DNA of 64,000 bases, from assembly GCA_002269645.1 (NCBI GenBank), contig NIVC01000181.1, forward strand, positions 709,693 through 773,692. The letters are read 5' to 3'. The notes under the pieces are model-generated. The model was not told where the DNA came from. It searched no databases and was given only the letters and a program-made list of their open reading frames with translations. Positions 40,045 through 52,700 of the stretch are shown in pieces. The stretch comes from Macrostomum lignano (Eukaryota). The number at the start of each line of letters is the position of its first letter. Within the stretch, counting starts at the first letter, position 1. A program made the position numbers and the translations under genes.

Positions 40045-43000
40045 CTACTTCAGCTGCTGCTGTTGTTGCTGCGGGGCGCTCAGCATCACAGCCCGGAGGT
40101 CGTCAGGCATGCTGGCAATCACGGCGTCTAACTGAAACTGCAGCTGGTCCAGGCGTTCCACCGACAGCGGAATCTGGCCACGATGCCCCCTACGAAGGCG
40201 TTCGCGCAGCTTAAGCACCAGGTCAACAATTTCCACCTCGGCCCGGCCCTGCGACCAGCGCAGCAGGTCAACGCCGCACAGCGCCTCGGCGTGCAGAGCC
40301 TCCAGCTGGGCGTGCGCCTCCGACTGGCGCTGGGACAGCCACTGGGCAAAGTTAGGCGAGGCCAGGAATCTCTGGTACAGGCCCGGCCAATCGCCGCGGA
40401 CCATGCTAGTCAGCTGCGGCCCGGACGAGCCCAGGGAGCGAAGGAATTCGTCCGAGTTGAACGAACGCATCAGCGGGACGGCTTTGAATGGCGAGATGCT
40501 CTTTTGTAGAGGCATCAGGCTGGCCACGTAGCGCTCCTGGGGTGCGTGGGGAGGCGTGCTTTTGCTTCAAATCTTGGGCATCTGCGATGCTGGATCTTCA
40601 TCATGAGGATCCCCATGACATCTATGAGCTCCTCATCATGGGAATCTGGAACTGGGATGCTGTTGCTGGCTCTTCATCATGGGAATCTGGAACTTGGATG
40701 CAATTGCTGGCGCCTCATCATGGGAATCTGGAACTGGGATGCTATTGCTGGCTCCTCATCATGGGAATCTGGAACTGGGATGCTATTGCTGGCGCCTCAT
40801 CATGTGAATCTGGAACTGGGATGCTATTGCTGGCTCCTCATTATGGGAATCTGGGACTGGGATGCTATTGCTGGCTCCTCATCATGGGAATCTGGAACTT
40901 GGATGCTATTGCTGACTCCTCATCATGGGAATCTGGAACTGGGATGCTATTGATGGCTCCTCATCGTGGGAGTATACTGGGACTTGAGAAGCCTTTAACA
41001 AAAGGCAACTCACCAAAGGAATCATAAACGAGTGGGTCAGCTCGGCGAACTGCCTCCTAATGATAACCGACTGAGCCTCGATCTGGCGGCCGCGTTGCAC
41101 GCCCTGGCGAAATAAAATAAAATAAATTTTGCCTCATTTGACTACTGAAAGTAGCAATGAATGAACAGAATTTCACAATTCAAACCTTGTTAATCCTTTT
41201 CAGGACGGATTTGTCGGGTACAAGATACGGAGTGTACTTTGAATAAATGCCAGGCTTGAAGTCCAGACTTTTCAGACTGGACGACTTTCGCTTCACCTTG
41301 AGTTCCTTGTCTGTGGCTGAAAGTGGAACAGGGTAGGGACAAGGCCTGTCTGAGGATCTGGGAGGCTGGCCCAGCAACTGAGGATCTGGGAGGCTGGCCC
41401 AGCAACTAAGGATCTGTGAGGCTGGCCCGGCAACTGAGAATCTGGGGAGCTGGCTGGCCTGGCAACTGATGATCTGGGAGGCTGGCTCAGCAACTGAGGA
41501 TCTGTGAGGCTGGCCCGGCAACTGAGGATCTGGGGAGCTGGCTGGCCTGGCAACTGAGGATCTGGGGAGCTGGCTGGCCTGGCAACTGAGGATCTGGGAG
41601 GCTAGCTCAGCAACTGAGGATCTGGGAGGCTGGCCCGGCAACTGAGGATCTGGGAGGCTGGCCCAGCAACTGAGGATCTGGGAGGCTGGCCCAGCAACTG
41701 AGGATCTGGGAGGCTGGCCCAGCAACAGAGGATCTGGGAGGCTGGCTAGCCCGGCAACTGAGGATCTGGGAGGCTGGCCCAGCAACTGAGGATCTGGGCA
41801 GCTGGCCCAGCAACTGAGGATCTGGGAGGCTGGACCAGCAACTGAGGATCTGGGAGGCTGGCTAGCCCGGCAACTGAGGATCTGGGAGGCTGGCTAGCCC
41901 GGCAACTGAGGATCTGGGAGGCTGGCCCAGCAACTGAGGATCTGGGAGGCTGGCCCAGCAACTGAGGATCTGAGAGGCTGGCCCAGCAACTGAGGATCTG
42001 GGAGGCTGGCCCAGCAACTGAGGATCTGGGAGGGCGGCTCCTTTTAAGATGGAGCTGACATGCAGCTCAAACGAAGATCTTACGCATAGCAGCTCCAATC
42101 TTGACAATGTGAGGCCAGTGCTGCAGCGCCTTGGCAAAGAACGGATTCGTAACGCCAAGCATTACGGAAGGTCTGCAAAAAAAATTGATAAGATCAAACT
42201 AAAGTTCAATGCTTAGTATGCCGGTATTAAAAATATTGAGCAAACATCAGAGTTATTGCACTTAGCTTTTGTAAAATTGCACAATGAGTCCAATAAATAC
42301 ACAATACGTACTGGTGAATCAAGATAAGCAAAAAAAACTTGAGCAGAATTAACACCATAAAAAGTAATAACGAGCTGTAATGAATTGAATAGTAACGACC
42401 TGCAGTTATCATATTAAGTCTTACAGTTTTCGAAAGGAGTTGCTCTTAGCACTAAAAAATTTAATTGGCAACACAAATAGGCATTCAAATGTGACATATA
42501 GACTACTAGAGTGAGTAGCAAGATTAGCAAAGCACTCACGGAGATTGCGATTTGGCTGTGAACTCCTTGAACTCGCAGTCGTGTATAGTAAAGTACGGCC
42601 TATAGTCTGTAGCATACCGCAATGGGAAAATGCAATTCACCAGAGCCTGCACCAGGTTGGAGCACGTGTCCGGATCCGGGCCCATCACAATCAGTGGAGC
42701 GTTAAGCAGCACCAGTTCCCATAGCAACTGGGCGTGTGGCAGCACCGGGGCGAGTGCGTTGAACAGGTTAACCTCGTGTACAGTGGGCAGCACCCGGTCT
42801 GGCGCGGGGCTAGTCACCAGCGTCACCTCCTCGGAGGCTGCAGCCGATGCTGTTGGTACGCGATCGTTGGCTGCGGGGATCCGGACCTGATAGTGACCAT
42901 CAGAAATGATCATAATCGTTTTGACAGTTTATCTATGCCAAACTGCTCATCTGTGATACAGTTTATCCATGTCAAACTGCTCATCTGTGATACAGTTTAT

Positions 43001-44908
43001 CCATGTCAAACTGCTCATTTGTGATACAGTTTATCTATGCCAAACTGCTCATCTGTGATACAGTTTATCCATGTCAAACTGCTCATTTGTGATACAGTTT
43101 ATCTATGCCAAACTGCTCATCTGTGATACAGTTTATCCATGTCAAACTGCTCATTTGTGATACAGTTTATCCATGCCAAACTGCTCATCTGTGATACAGT
43201 TTATCCATGTCAAACTGCTCATTTGTGATACAGTTTATCTATGCCAAACTGCTCATCTGTGATACAGTTTATCCATGTCAAACTGCTCATTTGTGATACA
43301 GTTTATCTATGCCAAACTGCTCATCTGTGATACAGTTTATCCATGTCAAACTGCTCATTTGTGATACAGTTTATCTATGCCAAACTGCTCATCTGTGATA
43401 CAGTTTATCCATGTCAAACTGCTCATTTGTGATACAGTTTATCTATGTCAAACTGCTCATTTGTGATACAGTTTATCTATGCCAAACTGCTCATTTGTGA
43501 TACAGTTTATCTATGCCAAACTGCTCATTTGTGACACAGATATAAAACTAATAACTGGATTAATTAATAGACCCTTTATTGCTGAAAACCGAAGGAAAGC
43601 ATCATGGAATATAACGGTGTTGCTCACTCACCTGCAGCACAGAGCCCAGTATAGGCAGATGGAGCACCTGGCCAGGCACCGGAGCCGGCCACTGGTCAAT
43701 ATCGTGACAGACAGCCTCTAGGAAAGCTGGCCCGTTAAGGAAAAACTCTGGCGACATCAATTGCAACAGGTGCCTGTAGAGTGCCACGTAAGGTAGGCGG
43801 CTCATTAGCACTACCGACTTCTGAAAGTAGCCGCGTCTGATGCTGGCGTCCTTCACCTGAGGAGAATTGGGACTTGTTTTAAATAGCTATTTTCTATACA
43901 GACAGACAAAGTAGATAGACAATGTAGATTAGTATAAGTAGACCAAGTAGATGGGTCTAAGTAGACAGAGTAGATCAGTCTAAGTGGACAGAGTAGATCA
44001 GTCTAAGTAGACAAATTAGATTAGTCTGAGTTAAATGTAGATTAGTATAAGTAAACCAAGTAGATTGGACAAAGTAGACAGAGTAGATCAGTCTAAATAG
44101 ACAAATTAGATTAGTATAAGTAGACAAAGAAGATTAGTCAAAGTAAACAAAGTAGATTAGCCTAAGTAGACAATGTAGATTAGTCAAGTAGACAAAGTAG
44201 ATTACTCTATGTAGACAAAGTAGATCAGTCTAAGTAGACAAAGTAGATTAGTCTGAGTAGACAAAGAAGATTAGTCAAAGTAGACAATGTAGATTAGTCA
44301 AGTAGACAAAGTAGATTAGTTTAAGTAGACAAAGTAGATTAGCCTAAGTAGACAATGTAGATTAGTCAAGTAGACAAAGTAGATCAAAACGTATAAGTAG
44401 ACAAAGTAGACACAGTGTACTAAGGTAGACAAGGACTGGAAATAGACAAACCAACCTGGCGAAAGTAGACAAAGCCGAACAGATATCCGGGGCAGCTGTG
44501 CAGATAGCTGGGCGCCAGGCGCTCCGTGTTAGACTGCCTGCCGGCGCCCTGGGCGCGCTGCCGATAGGACCGCCTGGGCCCGGCGCCCCCGACGCAGCCT
44601 CCGCCGCTAATGAGGCACTGCTCCCTAATGCGAAAGTGATACTGAGTATCGCCCATACAGCCGCTATTAGAGTCCGGGAAGGCCAGATAACACACAGAGG
44701 TCTTCTCCGCATCTGACAGAGTAATATGAGCCGGATACATCAGCTCCATAGCTTGGCCCAGTTCCAAATCGAATGTCACCGTGCAGATGCAGTGCACCCA
44801 GTTGTGAAATTTATCCCATGGTAGAGTTGTCGGTGTCGGAGGCTGAGACTGATGGGGCTGCTGCTGATGCTGCTGCTCAGCTGGCTTGGTGCCGAGGCTG
44901 GCGGACAT
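40045..44908 (-). CDS. DENND6: DENN-domain Rab GEF DENND6 (FAM116), 7 exons, 608 aa
   Basis: Exons 44456-44908, 43632-43856, 42540-42886, 42084-42172, 41186-41316, 41014-41103, 40045-40536 (1827 nt, phases checked). [108 protein letters not shown]. Confidence 0.95.
40628..40980. repeat. 41-bp minisatellite in DENND6 intron 6
   Basis: Tandem CTCCTCATCATGGGAATCTGGAACTGGGATGCTATTGCTGG. Confidence 0.93.
41349..42032. repeat. 28-bp minisatellite in DENND6 intron 4
   Basis: Tandem GCAACTGAGGATCTGGGAGGCTGGCCCA with 32-33-bp variants. Confidence 0.96.
42923..43537. repeat. 34-bp minisatellite in DENND6 intron 2
   Basis: Tandem GTGATACAGTTTATCCATGTCAAACTGCTCATCT with alternating variants. Confidence 0.97.
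43905..44445. repeat. About 23-bp minisatellite in DENND6 intron 1
   Basis: Degenerate tandem AGTAGACAAAGTAGATTAGTCTA. Confidence 0.9.
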
Positions 44909-45489
44909 GCCCTACTGACTGCTTGGAACTGAAGCAGGAGTATTCAATGCGCTAATGTTAGTAGCAAGTTTATCAAGCTTGACTCCACCATGGAGGCTCC
45001 GCATTAGCCATGCAAGCTTTCTGACACAAAATATCAAAAATGAGATGACTAATGTTGATTCTATAACTGATCTAATTGGGTCCACAAGGCCACAAGGAAT
45101 TTCCATGGAGATCAGATGGAATTGCTAATGTTAGCATCAATATAATGTTTAACAGAACTAATATATTATAAAAAACATTCTTTAAGATTTTATTACATGT
45201 CTAAATTCTGTAATAAAATTCTAGGCCCTGAAAATTTAGAAATTTAAGTAATAAGGCATAACAAGGAAATTATAAATATACATCAATTTTGGGACTAAAA
45301 AATTCAAACTCTGGCAAATATAGCAATAGACCATGCCTTCAAGGATTGACAGCTCTTTAAGGCCATTTGGAAGAAGTATAAATAAATATATTCTTCAAGG
45401 ATTGGAGAAGAGGCTTAGAGCTATACTATTAATAAAATTCCAATTTCAAGACTTATTGGCTGAATATGACTCATCCTGCCACCTTCTCT

Positions 45490-45645
45490 CCCAGTGTGTG
45501 ACTGACTGGCGATGAAATGTGGATCCACAACACAATCCAGAATCCAAGCAGGAGCCCAAGCACTGACTGTTAGTTGGAACACCGGCTGCTTTGAAGGCAA
45601 GGACTGCATGCAGTGCCAGCAAGTTTATTCTGACAGTCTTTCATG
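45490..45645 (+). mobile_element. Tc1/mariner transposase relic (first catalytic Asp region)
   Basis: LTGDEMWIH, then after a frameshift HNPESKQEPKH*...TPAALKARTACSASKFILTVF. This matches the mariner pattern VTGDETWIHHYEPESKQQS...SAGKVMATVFWD. Confidence 0.75.
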
Positions 45646-45796
45646 CACAAGCAGACTGTATCAGGCATCTGTTATGCTGACTTGATTGCTTGCTTCAAAC
45701 TACAAATACTTCTAATGTGAGGGTTTCTTGACATATTTAGTCAGATATTCAAAACAATCTTCTGTAACTTTTAACAAAATTGACCTGCTTCAACCA

Positions 45797-45847
45797 TGCT
45801 GGGCCAGCCTCTCAGATCCTCAGTTTCTGGGCCAGCCTCCCAGATCC
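45797..45847. repeat. Inverted 51-bp copy of DENND6 intron-4 minisatellite segment 41938-41988
   Basis: The reverse complement matches 41938-41988 at 50 of 51 positions, including the rare CTGAGAGG variant unit. Confidence 0.9.
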
Positions 45848-48320
45848 CCTATTTTTAGCAAATTTGTTAGGTGTCAAATAAGCCTTAATTTATTTACTGA
45901 AGTAAAAATCTTTCTGAGAAAAATCAATTCAAAAATGGCTTAGCAACACACTGATAAGACATTGCTTTATCATTGACTGAAATAGTTCTTTTTGTAGCAA
46001 CCTAAAAGCAGATGCTAGATTTAAAATGTTTCAATTTATTTTTTATGCACGTCTCAGCTTTAAAATGATGCCTCAGCCACTACAAAAGACTGCACTGATG
46101 CTAAGCTATTTGACATTAAACATTGCTTTACATCAACTCATATTCAGAAACTTTACAGATTTATATCAATATTTGTTTAGCTTGTCCCTGTTTTTCTATT
46201 AGAATATTGCAAATTTTTAGTCATGTCTATATGCATGTCTCAGCTTTAAAAATGATAGCTTTGAAAAGATTACTTTTTAGCTTATAAATCACTTGGATAA
46301 CCATTCTATTTTGGCTAAAAAGATAGAATAGCTGTGTTGGATTTGGAGTGCCTGCGTACCGACCCTCTGCTATCTATAGTGTCATCAGTGTACACTTGGT
46401 GGTCCCTGTCTCAGAGTGTGGTGGGGTGGGGTTTATGTGCATAAGGCATTGATGAGTCAGAGAGTTGGAGAGAGAAGATCGATTTGATTTAATATATAAG
46501 CAATAATTTAGCCATAGGGCTTATTTACCTGTTTTTTGTTAGAGTCTAACCCTCAGATTTATTACACTTGATTATTTCTTTAACAATAGCAAAGACAATA
46601 CATTCTAAAATGTGCTTAGGGAAAATTCTAGAAAAATGCTAAATTCCTATATTGTTAATATTAATGTAATGGATTAACACTTATCAGCAATTTAGACCTA
46701 AGGGATAAAATGCTAAAAATTATTAGGCTTTAATATTAGGCTAGGCAGAGATTATTTAAATAAAAGGTTATAAAAAATAATAATAATATTTCTATTTTTT
46801 ATAAGAAACTTCTATCAATCCCCATTAAGAATCTCCCTACCTTTAAAACCCTATTTATTCTCTATTCCATGCCCCAATGGTTGGCTTTAAGCTATATATA
46901 GGCCAAGGACTTCTAGATAATAAGAACTAGATGGGAAGTCTGTGTTGAAAAAGGCAGCTAACTGTACCAGAGGTGGCCTAAAAAATGAACACATTTTCCT
47001 CTCATTTTGTCTTTGGACCCCTCTAATTAAGAAATGTTTTTCAATCCTACCAAGGCTAATGAGCTAAAGACAAAGGCCCCACAAAGAACCCCACCCCCCC
47101 CCAATATACAGACCCCCAAAGATAGCTGCTAGATGCTATCATGCAGGGATACACAGAAAGCTAAGGAATAAGGGACAAGAAGAAAAGAAAGCAAAGAAAT
47201 GAGAAGACAGCATAGACCATTTAGAGGCCCTCTATGGAGCAATCTTCTAAAGTCTAAATGGTCTATGGAAGACAGTTTGTACATATAAGGAACTCTATAT
47301 TTGGTATCCCTCTATAAAATTATATGTAAGTAAAGCCTCCCTCTTGGTAAAAAGTACAGGGCTCTTTATCTGTCTTGTTTGACATTGGGCCATACATTAG
47401 TATAGGGAAAAAGTGCTTTAACTTATTATATATATACTAAGTAGGGTTTGACACTTATCCAATACCAGTTCCCCCCATTTTGAGGGGTAAAGACACAAGG
47501 CCTCTAAGACTTACTACATAAGTATACCTGTCTCTCTGGCCCATAGATTTTTTTAAACAATATACTGATTCATATGTAACAAGCCTTGTAAGCTTATTGC
47601 ATCTCAATATAGTCTACAATTGCTTTGCTTTCAGCTACAGAAGTGGGTATACGACAGAACCTCAATCAGAAATAAAAGTTACTTTTCATAAGTTTCCAAG
47701 AGATGAAAAGCTCAAGTCCAAATAGGTTTAGGCCAACCTAAGATGGGGATTTGTGCCAACAAAGCATGCCCAAATATGCTCTCTAAACTTTGCTCTAGCT
47801 GATTTTATTGAGGAGCAATGCAACACCAATGCAAGGAGGATGAAAAAGCATGCATCTAGCCAGCTTGTCCACAGGTATATAAAGTAAGGCGCTATACCTT
47901 CCAGCTTTCCCAATGCACCAGCCTATCTATCATCAAACATAGCAATATCTCAACAAACTAATGTGAGAGCTGTAGCCTCTGGTTGATTGGAGAAGGAAGC
48001 TAAACAACTAGAAGCTTAAGCCAAGGTCTTTAAGGCTGAAGATTGGATTGACTCTCTACCTTTGGAAGAAGTAAGACTGGCCTTTTGCTAAAAGAATCTT
48101 TCCAGAAGGATTCCAATTATCATTGAGTGCTAGTATGTTTTTTGCTTATGTTTTTATCTATTTGCTTAGCATAATTAACAGTGTGCTCCAAGTGACTATG
48201 TTAGTAATTATCAACCCAGATTTATCTAGTGCACAATTCCAAGATATTGTACCAGGCCAGCTTAATTACATGTTTGCGGCTCTTTAATCTCATGGCTTGA
48301 CTGTAATCATGGCATAGCAA

Positions 48321-48902
48321 TCAGACTTCAGGATCTGGCAACACTGATCCTTGGAGGCAACCATTAGAAATATAAAAGACTACATCTTTTTCGTAAGTGG
48401 TTATATTGTGATCAACTACTTCATTTACAAGGTGCAAATTTTGCTCTGAATTTCTCACTGACTTAGAAAATTTTCCATTGGTGACTAACAATTCCAACTT
48501 GTGTTCATCTATTTTCCAGGATAGCATTGACAAGGGTGGCCTTGTGAAGCCATTGGACTTTTTTTTAATCTAGCAGCTCATTGTTAGAAAGTCTTTTGGG
48601 AGACTTAGGCCAACTATAATCTTAAGAAGCAGTTTTTGCAATTGTCTTGCCAATGCTTCCTGTTCAACAAGATCATTGATTGCTATACCTTCAATGAGGA
48701 GCATATGCTTTAGTATTTGACATCAGCATGTTCAGATCTGACCACGATTTGTAGAGCCACATTGTTGGCTTTTCAACGGCTTTGCAAAGAACTTTGTCAA
48801 GGAGATGAACAACCAACACAATATAGTCAACTTCTGGGCCACAGAAGTGCAAAATTGCTAAGCTATCAGGTTCAACAATGTGAGATGCATCTGCACTTTA
48901 AA
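48321..48902 (-). pseudogene. Decayed coding-like pseudo-exon of unknown family
   Basis: Strong acceptor TTTTCTACTTACAG at 48903, then 194 codons in one frame with only 4 internal stops (TAG, TGA, TGA, TAG). Protein-like stretch ILKHMLLIEGIAINDLVEQEALARQLQKLLLKII. Family not recognised. Confidence 0.4.
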
Positions 48903-49682
48903 CTGTAAGTAGAAAATTTTTTGGGTATATTTATCCTTTAATAGAGCCAGCCCAAAATGATTTTTGCTACCACTTTGAAACCTGAAAGTGATCCAAAATT
49001 TTAAAGCCAACAAAGCAATCAAGCATGCAATTGAGATATAGTTTATATTTCATTCATATTTGTTTGAAATATTGTTCGAATGTCATCATTCATTAAGCAT
49101 ATTTAGAGCTTCAAGTTCAATTAAGTTTTAGCTTCTCAGTCACAATGAGTCCCTTAGCACTGAAGACAGTAAAGATACATTTAATTTCATTTGTCAATAT
49201 AAAGCTGTGCACAAGACTAGGCTTTTGGTTTTGGTGTTTGGGGGTTGCCATTGTCAACTTTGGGGTTTGGAGTCAAATAATAAAAGGAAAGGGTGATCAG
49301 TGGAGCCCACAAGTTTAGGTGGCAAGCAAACCTATAAAACTCTATTGTGAAGAGAGAGAAAAAGGGTTTAAAGTGGCAAACATTGAAGGCCTGGGAGAGA
49401 AAGGAAGAAGGGTGGCTAAAGTGACAAACATACAGAGAAGGAGAAAGAGTTAAATGGGGCCAGATTTAGATTTGCCTCTTGTTTTCTATATTAATTTTAT
49501 GGGCTTATTATTGATTTATATAGATTGATGCATTAACTGTGACTAAGAGTCTAGACTCAGTGTTAAGGTGATGATTTCACTGCTTAGCTAATACACAGGG
49601 AAAGGCACCAATAATAAAACCAATTGATTCTTGGCACAGCCCTAGCTATCTGCTTACTGTTAAAACTGTTATGTATACTTAG

Positions 49683-49790
49683 CCCAAGCCCAACCCCAGG
49701 GCTTGGGGAGCCCAACCCCAGGGCTTGGGGAGCCCAACCCCAGGGCTTGGGGAGCCCAACCCCAGGGCTTGGGGAGCCCAACCCTAGAAC
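49683..49790. repeat. 22-bp GC-rich minisatellite (GCCCAACCCCAGGGCTTGGGGA), about 4.5 copies
   Basis: Direct tandem repeat. Confidence 0.92.
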
Positions 49791-52700
49791 TTGCCCCAGG
49801 GCAAGTTCTTGGGGAATGATTAATTTAATTGAACCTCCAATATATAGGACTTTTATTTGCATTGAATGCACCCATCCCTCCAATACACAACCCGCAGCTG
49901 GAGGTTAGGGTGGCTATTTTTACAAACAGGCTGCAACCCTTTTACTAGAGAGGCTAACTGGCCAAAAAAGGTTACAAAAAATCTGCATTCATATATATAA
50001 GTTTTGCATTTGAGTCGGCAGCCATCTAGGAGAGATGCGCATTAAACCCAGTCAGTTGATCAATAGATGAATAGCAATGTGGTTATTTGTCCGGTTACTA
50101 GATAATAGCCATGTTTCCTTATTCACTTGGTTAATACTGGACAAATAAGCATTTTGTTACTTGTCTGGTTAAATTGATATTCTATATTTTATAGAAACTA
50201 CAAAGGTGAATATTCCTGGACTTCTTACTCCTATCTTGATTAATAAGATACTTGTCTTAGCAATTTAACTGGACAAATAGCAAAAAGGCTATTCATCTAA
50301 TCATTGGACAAAAGAATAATTGCCTTAAATTTTATATTATATTTTAGTTTTTATTTTAGTAACTATATTTGTACCAAAAAAACCTAGAAATAATCTCTAA
50401 CACCAAATAAAATTATATAATAAATGAATGCTAAAAATGATTTTATTTATGCTGCATGCTTACAATTGTAGTTCTTTTTAAAACAGCGCACTTTGCAGTT
50501 CTATGAAAAATGTATACAGGCCTAATAAATAATTTTGGCTTTTAACTTTTTAGTAATAATTAAATTTGTCTATTCATTAATTTGTCTATTTATACAATGA
50601 AATTCACCTCAAAAGGTTATTTTTTTTGGTATTTTGTAGGCCTAGCCAGGATGGAATTCTTGCACAAAAGTTGTTACACGTTTGTGTGTGCTAAGCAAAA
50701 GCTTTAAAGTTTAAGTTTTACTAAAGTAGAACTTTACTTATTAAAGTTTTGCTAAACTTTAAAGTTTAGTAAAACTCTTATAATTTCTAAAGAATATTTT
50801 CTTAAAAGAAATGTAGTGTTCAAGCTGCTTTAAAACTTGAAGTATAATTTTTTAATTTATGTTGGCATAGAATTGAAAAGCTAGAAAAATGAAATTTCAT
50901 TGTTTGTGCATTGGCCGCCATGATCCGCATTATGACTTATTTTTACAGCTGACGTGCACATTTGCACATTGCTCCAAAACCATGCACGCACGTTTACAAG
51001 AATTCCATCCTGGAAGCCTAGTAAAACTAGCTTTAAACTCCATAAACAATAGGCCACCTCTGGCATATTAATAAAAACAGCCTTCTTGTCTAGTTTGTAT
51101 TATCTAGAAGTATTTGATATATGCTTCGTTGCTTGTTAGATTAAAGGTAATAAAGCTACCAAGAATGAAGCTCAAATTTGAAACTGCAAATTTGATACTA
51201 GCATTATCAAAATTGACAAAAACCCTTAATTTTTTGCCTTTAGGCCTATTTATATATGATCCTATCAAAAGACAAAGCTGCAACTACAACTAATTTATCA
51301 ACAAACTTAAAGTCCAAAAATTATTATTTATAATGCCTTATATTGGCTATTGATAATTATAAATATAAACATAGGCCCCTACTTAAAGCTAAAACAAAAA
51401 ACTTTCAAACAACCTAGCTTGTAGCTATGTCTATAGCTGCCTAGGGTCCTAGGGCTAGGCTGAGCCATCAAGGTAGTGGTGCATGTAAGTAAGATGCAAC
51501 TTGTTAGGCCTAATAGGCCTAATAATAGCTCTGTAGTCTGTACTAGTAGCCTAATCAATATTAGGCTTAGTCTATATAGCGTTGCAGTGTTGTAGTAATG
51601 TAGAGTAGTGTAGATTATGTAAGTCTATACATATGGTTTGCAAATCATGGCATAGGGGCCTAGGGCATAGCCACACCATTGGCATTGGGCATCGCGTCAT
51701 TACCGTCATATTAATGTAAAGTAGTACCGCATTGTGCCTCTGTTTAAATCAAATTAAAATGGGTAATAATAAGACCTAACCTGCTGCAGCGACATTTAAG
51801 CAAGGCAAAAGGTGGGGAACAAACTCGACTAATGACTGCCAAGTGCCAACTTGACAATGTCACGCCATGAAGCACATTAACTCTCGTCGAACGTTACTAT
51901 CGAGGAGTCTCCGACGAACGACGGCGGCCAGCCGAAAATTAAAATACAAATTAAAACAAGACGACGAAGTCAGAATTTTAAAATTATGGTCTACTGTTAC
52001 GGTCTAATTGCGCTTTAGAGCTTTAAAATTCTTTAAATCAATTTTTACATCGCCTAAATTATTTTTAAAACTACGAGTATTTGGAGACAAAATAACGGTG
52101 TTGGTTAAAATCTTGGCCTACGTGACTTCAGATACGCCAAATGTATTCATTTCCATCTATATTCGAAATTCTATGCCATATCATCGATCTAAAAAATAGA
52201 GACACAAGTGACTTCAAACTGCCTTTGTTATATTTTTGTTCATGTCATATATCCTAAGTTCTCTACATGTATATCGCGAATGTTATACATGTATATATAT
52301 CTTTACTCATACCAAATTAAATGTGAACGTGTGCGTGACAAAATCGTGTGATTTCAGTTACTGCTGCAGTTAAGTTCTTTCGCTGCACTCACGTTTGGCT
52401 GTTTTTCTACACTTTTGAACGCCCCTGGTCAGCTCTGTCTGATTCGGCTGCGCTGCTGGTTGAGCTTTCCCAGCTAACCAATAATCACGCTTAGGTTTTG
52501 TTCCCGGTGACGCCAGCCGATTGGATGGGCTGGGTCGTCCTCCTCTCTCCCCTCTGTTTTGTTGTAACCCTGCAGCTTCTTCCGCCTTAAACTTTATAGC
52601 CTTGTAAGTAAGCCCTACAAGTGCCCTGCACGGCGATTGACTTAAGCCAGGCTAACCCTTTTGCTCTCTCTGCACTTGCCCCCCCCTCCGCTGTTGTGTG

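Noticed and set aside
47950-48130. Possible second decayed ORF on the plus strand (LEKEAKQLEA*AKVFKAEDWIDSLPLEEV)
   Set aside because: Four stops in about 60 codons is not distinguishable from random sequence.
50746-50775. 30-bp imperfect AT-rich palindrome
   Set aside because: Embedded in low-complexity AAAGTTT repeats where such palindromes arise by chance.
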